A stretch of 62,703 nucleotides of DNA, filler included, from Rhabdomonas costata (taxonomy: Eukaryota): NCBI GenBank assembly GCA_019059605.1. It is 42 parts of 42 records of this genome, joined end to end, with 100 filler letters (N's around TTAATTAATTAA, not from the genome) between each part and the next. Parts side by side here need not be neighbours in the genome. Positions count along the whole stretch, not along the records: positions 49,351 to 50,745 come from JAHMHO010017193.1; positions 50,846 to 52,240 come from JAHMHO010017194.1; positions 52,341 to 53,735 come from JAHMHO010017195.1; positions 53,836 to 55,230 come from JAHMHO010017196.1; positions 55,331 to 56,725 come from JAHMHO010017197.1; positions 56,826 to 58,219 come from JAHMHO010017198.1; positions 58,320 to 59,714 come from JAHMHO010017199.1; positions 59,815 to 61,209 come from JAHMHO010017200.1; 34 more parts are not named here. One strand, written 5' to 3'. Every line of letters begins with the position of its first letter. Position 1 is the first letter of the stretch. Shown here in pieces: positions 49,581-61,422 of the stretch. Under the pieces are notes generated by a model. It searched no databases and was not told where the DNA came from. It saw only the letters and a list, made by a program, of their open reading frames with translations. The translations under genes and the position numbers were made by a program.

Positions 49581-50105
49581 ATGGCCGTGTCCGATGCGCT
49601 GCACAACACCATTTTGGGGAACGTGTGCTTGGGCTTGGGAGTGTGTACCTGGTCCTGCGTCTGCCGCTGGTATCTGTGGCCCTGGATGAAACGAAATCCC
49701 AGGGAGATTGCCTTGCCTCCGTTACTCCTCGCATGCTGCGGTCGTTTCCATGGCGCCTTGTTCGCGATGCGAGGAATCACTGCCGCGGACGTCCCCCGCA
49801 CCTGGGCTCTGGTCACGGCGTACACCGACATCGTTGCCGCGGTGCTGTCCCTTCTGGGGGCGTCTGCGGTGCGAAACCGCCACTGGTTGGGGATCCCGCT
49901 CGCCTACCTCGCCCACGGTCTGGGACTGGCTGACATCCTACTCTCAGCACTGTTCTACAACTTGTTCCTCCGGTTCAACCCCGCCAAGTTTGGGCCCGGG
50001 CTGCTCGTGCTCACGGTGAATGTGACCTGGCTGATGAACAACCACGTGATGAACTTGAAGTACCTAACTCAGGCGGCTGAACCGAATGGGCCCAAGTCCA
50101 AGTAA
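49581..50105 (+). CDS. Complete intronless 174-aa multi-pass membrane protein resembling a bacterial uncharacterised family
   Basis: ATG 49581 to TAA; about five hydrophobic segments; WYLWPW...ALPPLL...RF.G.LF..GI...DVP..WA..TAY.D..AA.L pattern. Confidence 0.75.
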   Translation: MAVSDALHNTILGNVCLGLGVCTWSCVCRWYLWPWMKRNPREIALPPLLLACCGRFHGALFAMRGITAADVPRTWALVTAYTDIVAAVLSLLGASAVRNRHWLGIPLAYLAHGLGLADILLSALFYNLFLRFNPAKFGPGLLVLTVNVTWLMNNHVMNLKYLTQAAEPNGPKSK

Positions 50106-50845
50106 ATCTGTGAAACCTAGAACCAGCGAATGGCATCGTCGTTCTTTGGGCGTTGTTGGAACTGTTATGTTAAGTTCTGTTAAGTTCAAAAGTCGAAGAT
50201 CGAAGGAAGGAGCGTCGGGGTATCTTGAAAAAATGCTCTGCTCCACTGAGTGCATCTTGACAGTTAGCTTCGTGGTTGCAAAAGCCTCCTTGGTATGAGC
50301 CCTTCGGAGGCTGCGGAACCGAAACTGCACCAAAACCTGTTCCAACAGCTGTGATACGTTCAGCGTCCAGTGCGGTGTAGGTGTAGGTGTAGTTGCCGGA
50401 ATAGCAATAAACATTAAAATTCTAAAGCGTTCCGAAGCTGTTCTTATCGTAGGTCAAGCCTGAAAACAGTATGGAAACGGTTCAAAAATTTCGAACACCG
50501 CCCATCATTTTCAGTTGTGGGTCGTTCTTTTTAGCAGGTGCTGGTCAGTCTTTTTTGTACCGCTGTACAGTATCTTTGGTGAAATTCCATTTCCCATTAT
50601 CTCGGTTCCATCACTGCGATTCGAACGGCGATGTTATATTCCTTTCTGCGAAACAGTCTTTCGCTGGAAAAGAGGTGATTTTACTTCACATTTTTTTCTG
50701 AGCAATTCCCCAGAAGTCGATTCTCCTTGAACTTCCAAACCCCCCNNNNNNNNNNNNNNNNNNNNNNNNNNNNNNNNNNNNNNNNNNNNTTAATTAATTA
50801 ANNNNNNNNNNNNNNNNNNNNNNNNNNNNNNNNNNNNNNNNNNNN

Positions 50846-51059
50846 GGTTGGTTGTGGCACTTCCGGAGCGCCGATGATGGGTTCTGGCACGTCTACGGAA
50901 GCTCCGCTCAGGCCGAGCTGAAGGAGGCCGCGCAGCGCGGGCGGCCCACCGCGCGGGTAGTGCTGAATGACGGGAGTGTGGTAGATGTGGACCTGGTGAA
51001 GCTGCAGCACGTTGGGCTACACTCTCAGCAAGTTCCGTGTCCGATCCGCTTCGTGCCTG
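50846..51059 (+). CDS. Exon encoding a WWE-like domain
   Basis: WHFRSADDGFWHVYGSSAQAELKEAAQRG...VDVDLVKLQH......PIR|GT. Confidence 0.65.
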
Positions 51060-52394
51060 GTACGAGTCGCTGATTTCTTAGCCTCGCACTGTGATTTAAC
51101 TTGAAGGGTCGCCTCGCCTGATTCTTTGTTTGTTGTTCATTCGGAACACTGGAAAGGACACGATTCACCACAGCTGTGAAAGAGTGTTTGTGTTTCATGG
51201 CTAATTCATTGTCGAGTGCTGCTTCGCCTTGGTCTTGCTTCGCAAGTTTCTTATTCCTCTACGCTGGTTGGGTAGCACTGATTGCGTAAGGGAAAAGCGC
51301 CGGTCTTGAAGTGTACCTTATTCAGGGAACTCACCCAAAATGCGATTGGATTGATTTGTTTGTGGGGTATGTCGGAATGTTTTGCTTGATCTCAGTCAAC
51401 TTTATGTCCCTTCGGAAATGGCGATATGTTTCTCGTGTCGGAACAGCCCCTTCCTGGAATTACGTGTTTTTGGGCTTGGGAACGAGGACGGAAATCGGGT
51501 ATATCGGGTCCCTTACCCCAACCCTGGGCTGGTTCACTGAAAGATTGTGTTCTTCCGTTGCGTGTGTTTTGTAATCGTTGAAGTATTTCTTCTCGGAAAG
51601 GTTTGTGTGCTATCGGGGAGGTCACTCCAAAGAGGTGATGGAATGGTTTTTTTTGGAAAGGTGTTTGCCCCTGTCCTGTATGAGGTGTATTTGGGTGCTC
51701 CCCCCTTCGTGCCCTAATTTTTTTCTCTTATTTCAAATGGAAATTTGGGAAGCGCAGAAGAGTTTGTTCACGGCATCCTGGAGGGTGAAAAGGCATCGTC
51801 GTAAGGTGAAACACAGGGCAGACCCCTTCGAGCATGGGTGCGCGGTTGCGCCACAGATGCGGTGGTCTCCCCCCCGGCGCGTGCCGTGGGAACCTCCAAC
51901 CGCAGCCCTGCGCGGAGTCCCGTCCAGAGCCCCGCCTTGAGCCCAGAGCTTGCCCCGCAGCCCTCGCTGGTCCACCCGACCACCAACCCTGGTCGCTTCA
52001 CCCCCAGCTGCCAAAGCCCTGAGGTATGTTCGCATGAGATATGCACGCGATGAACTGTGGAGCCATCTATTACATTGTTCCAGCCACTTCCTCGAACTCC
52101 AGGTGTACATCGTCCCTTCGCTGCAAAATCTTCGGATATCCTGCCGGAACCTTAACCCTCTCTCTCTCACCTCCCCCCCATGCATCCCACCCAAGTTCAC
52201 AGCAACCAGTGTGGCAGTAAAACTTTTCAACACCAAACCCNNNNNNNNNNNNNNNNNNNNNNNNNNNNNNNNNNNNNNNNNNNNTTAATTAATTAANNNN
52301 NNNNNNNNNNNNNNNNNNNNNNNNNNNNNNNNNNNNNNNNTGTGGGTGTGGTGCCTATCGATGTGGTCCATTCTGCATATATCTTGTTGCGAAG

Positions 52395-53728
52395 ATTTCA
52401 GTGGTGATGTTCACGGGGCTGCTGTGGCTGTGGCGGCCCATCTCGGACTGCAGCCGCTGGGAAGTCCTTCACACGGACCCCGTGGTCGCGGCCCTGTGCG
52501 CGGCAGTCTCTGTGGCCACCCTGACCACGATCCTGGTCTTCTTCTACCTTCTCCCGGACCACATCTTTGGGACCTCGAAGCACCGCCTGGCGGGTGGAGG
52601 GCCGGCGCCCCGGCCGCGCGTCATCTACCGCTGGCCCTATAGCATGGTGCTCCATCTTCTTAATTTTTGAACGGGTCTCGCAAGACGAATGTTACGCCCT
52701 TCTTTTCTGTTTCCCTCTAAACCATTTAGTATTAGTATTATTTTTTCAAAATGCCGTACCCATCATTGGGGTGGCGTCTCCCATCGGGTGGCTCTATTTT
52801 TCTTTTGTTTTCGCCAGTGCTGAGCTTGGGGCGAGAATACCCCAGCTGAGCACGCCCACTATTTACACAGGGAGAGGTGGGGGGTGCAGGGGGAGCAGGG
52901 TACCAGCCCGTAAAGCCAACGAAGTTTTCACCAAAGAAATCTCCCATTACATTTTTCCCGCGGCCTTTGTAAAAGATAATAAACAAGAAACTGGGCAAGT
53001 TACCTCATCTTTATCGATCGCGGTGTCAGTTTGGGATCCACTGTCTGAGCACTCAGCCTTCACGCGTTGTGTGGGTGGTCTCTTTTGTGGTGTTCTGCTG
53101 TTTCTCTGCTGTCTCTCTGTTGTTATGTTGTTCCCCCTTCAATAGAACTCCACCAGCCTATCAATTGTAATCATGCGGCTTTTTTGCTCCCAAGGTCCGA
53201 CACCCCACCACGGCGTGCTTCCTGTACTTCTTCTGGATGGGGATCCCGTCGTACACCGCGAACCACCTGGCGTTCAACGTGATCATCACGGCGTACATCC
53301 TGGTGGCCACGGACTGGGAGGAGGCGGATCTTCACAAGTGCTCTTCCCGTGTTCCAACGATTTTCCCTCTTCTCCATGAAATCCTAGTGATTTTTTCAAT
53401 AGAGAAGAATCTAAATCATGCACTCGCTGTGCCATGCCTAGGCTGCGGAAGCCAGACAGCATTTGCAGAGAGGGACCCACTGCCGCCGACTGTTTGAACC
53501 CTTGCCGGTCTGCACATTTTCTGAACTTTTCTTTTCTCGAAAGTTGAGGTCCACATGGTTTCATTGTCGGACCTTCAGTTGATATGGACAATGTTCGGAA
53601 TTGTCACGGACTGATGCTGCACTGGACTGGTGGCCTTGCTGTGCGCTGTCGCACCCTGTGCTTATGGTCAGGGAGTTTGGTCCGGAGTACAAGAGCTACT
53701 CCGAGCAAGTCGGGAAGTTCTTCCCCCA
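52395..53728 (+). CDS. ICMT/PEMT-superfamily membrane methyltransferase, MddA/nurim-like; exons ~52395-52646, 53195-53337, 53672 to contig end
   Basis: LLWLWRPI...HIFG...WPYSM|VRHP...FFWMGIPSYTANHL.F...TAYILVATDWEEADLHK|EFGPEYKSYSEQVGKFFP; GT-AG introns with phases 0 and 2 consistent. Confidence 0.85.
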
Positions 53729-56162
53729 CCCCCCCNNNNNNNNNNNNNNNNNNNNNNNNNNNNNNNNNNNNNNNNNNNNTTAATTAATTAANNNNNNNNN
53801 NNNNNNNNNNNNNNNNNNNNNNNNNNNNNNNNNNNGGGGTTGAGGGTTGAGGGTTTGGTCTGCACCTTTCACCTTCTCTCAGCGCTGAAGGTTGGGCAGC
53901 TCAGCTTCGTACTCAGCACTCTCGACATCCACTTGCATCGAGGCGTACCTTTCACACTGAGTCACCCTTCCGCGCTAACGTTGGAGGTGGGTTACTGGTT
54001 ACCAAGGTGTGGGTCCGATACCATGCAAGGGATTGCCGTAGCGTTACCCCTGTACCATGGTCATCACCATCATTGGCCTCAAGATCCACAAGCTGGAGAT
54101 GAGTGAAGAGGATTAAAGAGAAACGCGGTTAAGAAAAAATTGAGATATTGTATAAAAACGCGCAAGAGTAGTGATATAAAGCATGAGAGTGAGCACAAAT
54201 TTCTTAAAACAGCACTTTACGACTTGAGATGTTAACACATTACAAAATCAATTTGTACAATTATGTATCCAGCCATCATCACCAACCCCAGACCAGACGC
54301 TCTTCGTGCACCAAGCGTTTTGCCCCGCTCCTTTCCCATACACCAACCTGGACAAAATGATTTCAGGGTAAGGCACTTGAACGGAAGTCTGCGAGATGTT
54401 TTTGCCAACTCTTAGCAGCTCTCTGGAAATTAGAAATTTTAGGAATCGTGTTAATAAGCTCTTCAAAGAATATTCCTCGTGTGAGTTTATTTGTTGAAAC
54501 GCAAAGCGCCAAAATGAGTGAATCCGCACAGGTGCGGTTAACTGTCATAGATGGCGGTCTTGCGGTACCACCCTAATTGATAATTTACAGCTTCTGCAAC
54601 CACATTACAGATACTTCAAAGATGAAAATGCTTTCAAAAGCGTAGGCAGTGTAGCAATAACAAGGGGCAAATCTATCAGCGGTGCCGGCGCACTTTTCTG
54701 ATTGCAATTAATGGTCCAAACACATCACAGGACTTTGGTACAGGCTTGTGGCGCAAAACTCCTGTAAAGCGCGTCGCGCGATGCCTGGAATAAACGTGGT
54801 ATTCGCCAAGAACCATGCTGTATTTCACACAGACTCCTTGCGCTACGTGTGGCTGGTTTCACAGCGACTCCCAATTTTCCTTGGTGTTCTGGCTGTTGTG
54901 GTTCTTTACCCTCGTTTTTGGTTGGTGGGGCTACTTCGGCACTGGCGCGCAAGCGTCCCCAAAACACAATCCTCTTGTCGAAATTCCGGCGTACTGACAA
55001 ACAATCGTCCTGGGTGATGTGCTTTAACTGCTTGATGCCTGCGATGTATTCGAAGCCTCTTCCCAACTGAAAAAATGCGCGCTTCTTTGTGAGCTGTCGT
55101 GGTGCCATTTACATGATTCCATTATTTAAGGCGTTTGCACAGAAGCAAAAGGACCAAGCAACTAGCCAAACAGTGCAAATCAAAGGCTCAGCACAACCAA
55201 CGCCGCACGAATTACGACACACAGTTGCGGNNNNNNNNNNNNNNNNNNNNNNNNNNNNNNNNNNNNNNNNNNNNTTAATTAATTAANNNNNNNNNNNNNN
55301 NNNNNNNNNNNNNNNNNNNNNNNNNNNNNNGGGGTGGGGGGGGCGCTGTCGAACGGTTCGTGGGCTCTGTGCCCTGCGATCCATCTGGTTTCGTGAGGTG
55401 GACCTTTCTTTTACGGCCGAACTTTTGCCAGTGCATTTATCGTCGAGAGCAAATGAGGGTTCCATGATACGTACTAGCTGGAATGCTGGACACGAGGTAT
55501 GGAGAGAGTTTGCTCCGTCGACGAGCTTTAACAATGTCGGAAGGGCCCAAACAACAGTGACTGCTCGCTCGTGAGAAACTGAACCCCTGAATTTCATGGT
55601 TGGGTTCCGAGTGAGAATCCTTTAATCCTTCGCCCTTATCGAGGAATTAAGAGACCTCCCATCGTGAAACGAATTTTCCCGGTGCCCTGGGACGATGAAG
55701 GATATCTCCCCCCCCCCTCAGATACCCAGGATCAATCAGGGAATACATTGGTTTTGTGGGAGGGAGGTGAAGCACTTATTTTCAACCATTGGCAACCTTA
55801 TTGGCACCCTTGATATTCGTCCACAAAAGAGAAAGGCTCAATATCTACTTGGACCCTCCTTGAGATGAAGCGGGGATACGTTGCCTATGCTTTAAGGCAT
55901 CAGGGGCTCGATGTTCAGGTAGGCGACCGGGTTGGTATTTGGGCCCAGAGTCCAACTTGCACTAGCCCTGGGACGGCACTCGCTTCGTCGGCACCCTGAC
56001 GTGACCCCAACCCTGGAGCACGGAGCTCCTTCAGCCCAGTCGGAGGCTGAGGCGCCCACTATCCCCGTTTCTTTTTTCGGGGATTCCACCAGAGCTGCTC
56101 CCAGGACGGCGCCCTATCTGGTGGTTTTCATGAGTGACTTTGGCGGCCCGGGTGCGGAAGAA

Positions 56163-56390
56163 GGCGTGTACTGCGCGGAAGAACGTTTGCAGACCACCAA
56201 ACTACCGCCCTCGGAGGCGTGTACTCTGCAACCGTGCAGAGAATACCTCCAAGGAAGGCGCGCCCTGCCCCGCTCGCAGAACCTGGGCGTGTACTGTGCG
56301 GGCTCGGGACCGTAAGACTCAAGACGGTTCACAACCGCTCGACCTACCCAGACTACCCAGCATATCCACCCCTTGGGGCGTGTACTCCGC
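56163..56390 (+). repeat. Four interspersed copies of GGCGTGTACT(G/C)(C/T)GC
   Basis: Copies at 56163, 56216, 56286 and 56377. Confidence 0.75.
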
Positions 56391-56634
56391 CAACCTAACC
56401 AGCGGAGACTTCCCCCAGGTCAGGGCAAGCGTTGGGAGATTGGCCGGCCTAGGGTGGGTCGTTACCACCTCCGCCAAATGGAGGCTCCCCCATCCTACTT
56501 CGGATTGATACGCACGCATACGGATTGAGGTGACGACCCGCAACCAGGAGCCGTCACCATGGCATGTTTTAAGGCATTAATAGATCCCCTCCCCGTTCCT
56601 ATGGGGTAATTCATCTCGCAAGGGGTTAGATTGG

Positions 56635-56725
56635 CGATGTGCATGTCTGCGATGATGGGTCACCTGTCTCACAAGGAATTGTTTTCGTCTGGATAGGTGA
56701 CCCATCATCGCAGACATGCACATCG
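56635..56725. repeat. Contig-terminal inverted repeat (31-bp arms)
   Basis: 56635-56665 is the reverse complement of 56695-56725. Confidence 0.85.
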
Positions 56726-56901
56726 NNNNNNNNNNNNNNNNNNNNNNNNNNNNNNNNNNNNNNNNNNNNTTAATTAATTAANNNNNNNNNNNNNNNNNNN
56801 NNNNNNNNNNNNNNNNNNNNNNNNNGGGGGGTGTGGGTGCCGTATTTTTTGGCAACCAAAGAATACGGCAGCCACACCATCATCGAAAGGGTGAATGTAC
56901 A

Positions 56902-57907
56902 CCAGCCCGAACCCCAACGCGGCCGCGGCCACAACTCCATCCAGGCGCCCCTCTTCGACCGCTCCAGGCACAGCAGTAGCTGAGCGGGCGCTGGCCAACG
57001 GTGTGCCCTCCATCGTAGACGATGCCTCTGGAGCAGCTGAGGCATTCCCAGAAACGCTCCTGCTTGGCCGCGACAAAGTGAATGTCGTCCTTGGTGCCGT
57101 CTACGGTGCACACGGTCTCGGATACATACACCTGTGATGACACCATCTAAATAAGTCAACGAAATTTCGAAGCTTCCCAGCAACAAACCCGCAACGACAA
57201 AGCAATGGCACATGGCAATATAATTTGGGCGGTCCAAAATGATGGTCAGGTCAGACTGAAGGTACAGTTCCACCTTGAGTGCCTGAGAAACGCCCCGAGC
57301 GGTGCGGTGAGCGCCCAGCAGTTCCTGGGGGATACAGCGTCATACGGCATGTTTTCCTTCGCTTTCTGTCTTGCCTCAGCAAGCGGGAAAGATAACCCAC
57401 GGCAACGTCTCCCACAACCATACCATTGATTGTTTTTTTTAGGAGAATTCCGGTCGGGGTGCGGCTGTACTGGTCGCGGAAGGCCTACTTTTTTGTTTTT
57501 TACTCCCTCTCAGATCCGGGAGTGGGAGTACTGGATACAGCGCGTGGTACGAGACTGGGAAAAGGTAATCTGGTTACACGAGTTGCTCGTTCGCTGTAGT
57601 TTGAACTCCTTTGGATCGCGGCAAGCCGGTCAAGGGTTCCCCTTCAGGTTCACGAAATGTACCAACAATCTTGACATCCAGCCCCCAGCACTCACCAATA
57701 AAGACCTGGACAAACCTGCTGCGTGCGGTACCCGAAGGACAAGTCTGGGGTTGTGGGGGACCCCACCAGGGCAGGCAGCATGACGTGCTGCAGGGTGTCC
57801 AGGTTTAGCGGGAGGGCGTCCAGATTGCCGTACTTCACCAGGGTGCTAACCAGCTGGGGCACGTTGTAGGTCTTGTGGTGGACCCCCTCAAAGGTCAGGG
57901 AGTGAAC
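56902..57907 (-). CDS. Three exons (57767-57907, 57274-57324, 57131-~56902) of an unknown protein
   Basis: VHSLTFEGVHHKTYNVPQLVSTLVKYGNLDALPLNLDTLQHVMLPAL|ELLGAHRTARGVSQALK|VYVSETVCTVDGTKDDIHF; phase-0 GT-AG. Confidence 0.6.
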
Positions 57908-60799
57908 CTGCGCGACGTTCCAAAACGCGGAATCTCGAATTTAAGGGAAACTGGGAGCCTACAAATAGCCCCTTACAAAAGTGGGTAATGGAGGGAACCT
58001 CGAACACGATTGGATCCAAGGCCCACGTCAGAGTGTACGATGTTTCCACCTTTCGAAACTTGGGAGTGCGAGCCGTTCGGCGTAGCCTGACCTTCGAATA
58101 AAAGCGCTCGTTAACTTTAAATTTTAGGAGCTAATTTGTACGGACATCAGGAAGCAATATCCTATTCTTGGCTGGTTCCCGAGTCATCCAAACACTTCCT
58201 CGACCACACGCCCACACACNNNNNNNNNNNNNNNNNNNNNNNNNNNNNNNNNNNNNNNNNNNNTTAATTAATTAANNNNNNNNNNNNNNNNNNNNNNNNN
58301 NNNNNNNNNNNNNNNNNNNGTGTTGTTGGAGAGGATGAACTGCGGGCGCGCGGGTGGGTGGGAACAAGCACACGCAAGATTCAAATCCTATTCAAACCTG
58401 CAAATCACTCGCATCACAATTCCGTTGCTGTTTCGCACCAGTCAAACGAGCTTTTGGTGGAAGGTACCGATAATATTTTCATCTCAAACTGGAGATAAAG
58501 AGAGGGGGAGAACAGTCTGAAGGGGGAAAGCAACGCCTTCCCCCTTTAAGTGCCTTCTTGAACTCCTGCGCAACTCCTCGCCCAATAGAACATACAAATT
58601 TTACAAACAAACACACAAACCTCACCGTAAAGTCCAAGTGGAAGCATTGTGTTGTTCTCCAACAGCGAAGTCGCCAGCACGTACGAGGGAGAGCTGATCT
58701 GCAGAAGCAAACGCAAGCAGATGGGTATAGGGAAAACAATAAAAACGACGAGCAAAAAAAGAATAAAAAATCGAAGTTGCCCTAACCGTGAGCTCAATGA
58801 TAAGAAGCGGCGTCAAGTGGTTGAGATCCTCTACAGAGCCCGCCTCCAAGCCCTTTCTGATGAGCTGAATCTCGTGGAAACTTCCCGAGATATTTGCTGT
58901 GATCCTTGACCTGTGACAACGGCGCAAGCAAAGTTTCACTTTGAAGAAAGCAAAGCGAACTCATCGGAAGAGCCATATCACGACAATGGCAAGGTTGGTT
59001 AATTACGGAGAATTCAGCCGTTTCGGATCTTCCCTGGAAAAAGTGTGTCTTGGGGAGCGCGATTGTCATTGCATACTTGCATTGCACTGGGGGTTTTGTG
59101 CCACACTCCGTTTGATCCGATTCGACTAATTGATGCACTAGAAACGCGAAAGATAAGCAAGAAAAAAGAACACCACAACTCAGCAAAACTGCGAGCAAAT
59201 CTACAGCATTGCCATTAGCGATGAAGACATATTTTCCACATCCGTCCATTCTGGCGGCTTACGCATTGGAGAAGATTCATATCATGTCCCGAGGTGCCTG
59301 AAATTGCCCTCAGAGCGAGGGCGAATGAGCTGCAAAGCCAATAACTGCGGAGGCGCAATAATCCAAGGCTAAGGGTGATCAATATACCGGGAAGTATGCT
59401 AAGTTTTAGTCGAAATCATGAAGGACAAGGAGGTTTATATCCGGTAAACCCGGCAATGCGATGGAAGAGTTTGTTCTCCCTTCGGATCCCTCTTCCTAAC
59501 AGGACAACTACAGTCGTTCTTGCGTGCAGCATTCCTACAATAGCACGACGAACATAGCATTCAAGCCACGAAAAGACTACATGACTGCCGTATATTATAC
59601 TCCGGCTATCCACCCCTCCGTCTCCCGGAATCCATTGGTTCGGCTGCTCGGTCGTGGACAACCACACCGTTGAGCAAGAAGAGCGCCGACATGCTATTCC
59701 AGCGCCCCCCAACANNNNNNNNNNNNNNNNNNNNNNNNNNNNNNNNNNNNNNNNNNNNTTAATTAATTAANNNNNNNNNNNNNNNNNNNNNNNNNNNNNN
59801 NNNNNNNNNNNNNNTGTGTTTGGGGTGGGGTTGGCAGAATTGGCATGAAGCAGGTACCGCACCCACACACAGGGATAAAAGTGCACTGCATGTGTAGGTG
59901 CGGCTGATTCTTGCATTATGGGAATAAACTAATACTATCTGATGAGCGAAATGAGGCATGCATGAAAATAAAAAAAAATGCAGCGGGCGAGCACCCGCAC
60001 AGCGCCTAAAAGCAGTGGTGTTCCCGAGCCACGCCCACTTCCATACAAAAATTTAACCTAATATTTCACTGTGCATTTGCGTGGGTTAGATGGCCGTTGA
60101 ATTGCAGGGGTGCACAAAAAGTTTTTTTCAAAACTTCAGTGGTTTTGCTCGTGAATAACGGCTGCGTACGCACTGGGAGAGTAGCCCCGTTTCCCAAGCA
60201 ACGCCCTGAAAGGATCCGGGCAACGACACACCCCGTTACAGCAAAAGGTGCGAGCAACAGGACAGAGACCGCTTGCACGGCATCCGTGCCATCACAAAAG
60301 TAACAATGTATTGCCACCCCCACGGGCGTCATAGGTTCTTGCCGCGCTACGAGCAAATTGCACAAACAGACGGTGTATAGGGGGCAGGAGCGTCTGGGAC
60401 GCCGCAATCAAAGCAAAGCAAGGAAAAATTCGGACAGGCCCTCGGTTGCCCCATGGGATGGGGAGGACACAAGGCCAAAACCTAACGGTCTGTTGTGGTT
60501 GTCAAAGTGTAGCAGCCATGGGGTACCCAAGGAGGGGTGCCCGGCCATTGACAGCGCAGTGCGGCTCAAATTGGGTTGAAGAAAGCAAGGGTACAGAGAG
60601 TGGGCTCTAAGGCGGAGCTTCGTCAGAGGATGCACCTGCATACAAAACAATGCATATGGGCAACGAGCAGACCTGTCGAACGCGTGCCACGTTATGGAAA
60701 GCCATCGTTTCAGGAAACGGAGGATCACACTCTACACCTAAATCAAGAAACTCTCGCCGTGCGTCTCATAGAAACATATAGAAAGACGTGGAGGTATAC

Positions 60800-60944
60800 C
60801 TTTCTGCTTCGAATCCTCACTTTCGGGCTCACTGGCACTGTGCTCGTCTCCGGCAGAAGCAGGGGTGGCTGAGACAGCGGCCTCGCCCAAGGACGGCTCC
60901 GGCTGGGACAGCGGAAGCCCTTCTTGCTGCTCGTCCGCTTCCAT
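60800..60944 (-). CDS. Probable first coding exon, acidic low-complexity
   Basis: MEADEQQEGLPLSQPEPSLGE...EDSKQK-G|GTATAC. Confidence 0.45.
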
Positions 60945-61313
60945 CCTTGGTGGCTCTGGAACGGCTGACGCAGGAAAAAGAAGTTGCGACAGACAAACAG
61001 AGAGAGAAAGTGTGTGTGTGCGGGCGCGCGTGTGTGTATTGGGCGCATTGCGCATTGTGCAGATATGCGCATTGTCGACACACGAGATATTCAGGGCATG
61101 AAAGGAAGCCGGGAATTGAGGCGAGGGAGAGTGTAAGGCTACGTGTGCTTTTCACACAGGGGGTGCGGAAACAGATTCGGGATCGGGAATCTGTTTCCGC
61201 ACCCCCACANNNNNNNNNNNNNNNNNNNNNNNNNNNNNNNNNNNNNNNNNNNNTTAATTAATTAANNNNNNNNNNNNNNNNNNNNNNNNNNNNNNNNNNN
61301 NNNNNNNNNTGTG

Positions 61314-61422
61314 GGGTTGCTGCTGTTCTTCATTTGGGTGCCACTGGTGGTGCGCCCACTTCTGCGTGTGGTGCTTCAGGAGGTTGCACCTGTGGCACCC
61401 AAATGAAGAACAGCAGCAACCC
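61314..61422. repeat. Contig-terminal fold-back inverted repeat (31-bp arms)
   Basis: 61314-61344 is the reverse complement of 61392-61422 and interrupts a coding exon. Confidence 0.88.

Noticed and set aside
15584-51059. ART, WWE, ankyrin and RING genes as a defence or ADP-ribosylation cluster
   Set aside because: Each is on a different unlinked contig; co-occurrence results from length sorting
55930-56054. HDV-like ribozyme (GGGTTGG/CCAACCC P1, CAC/GTG P3)
   Set aside because: No G-U at the cleavage site, extra bases between P3 and P1, and J4/2 lacks the C-N-A-A spacing
56163-56390. CRISPR-like repeat-spacer array
   Set aside because: Repeats are only 14 bp, spacers are unequal, the context is eukaryotic and there are no cas genes
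1397-61309. Regularly spaced TTAATTAATTAA palindromes resembling an array; ORFs ending in X...LIN
   Set aside because: Artificial contig linkers embedded in N runs
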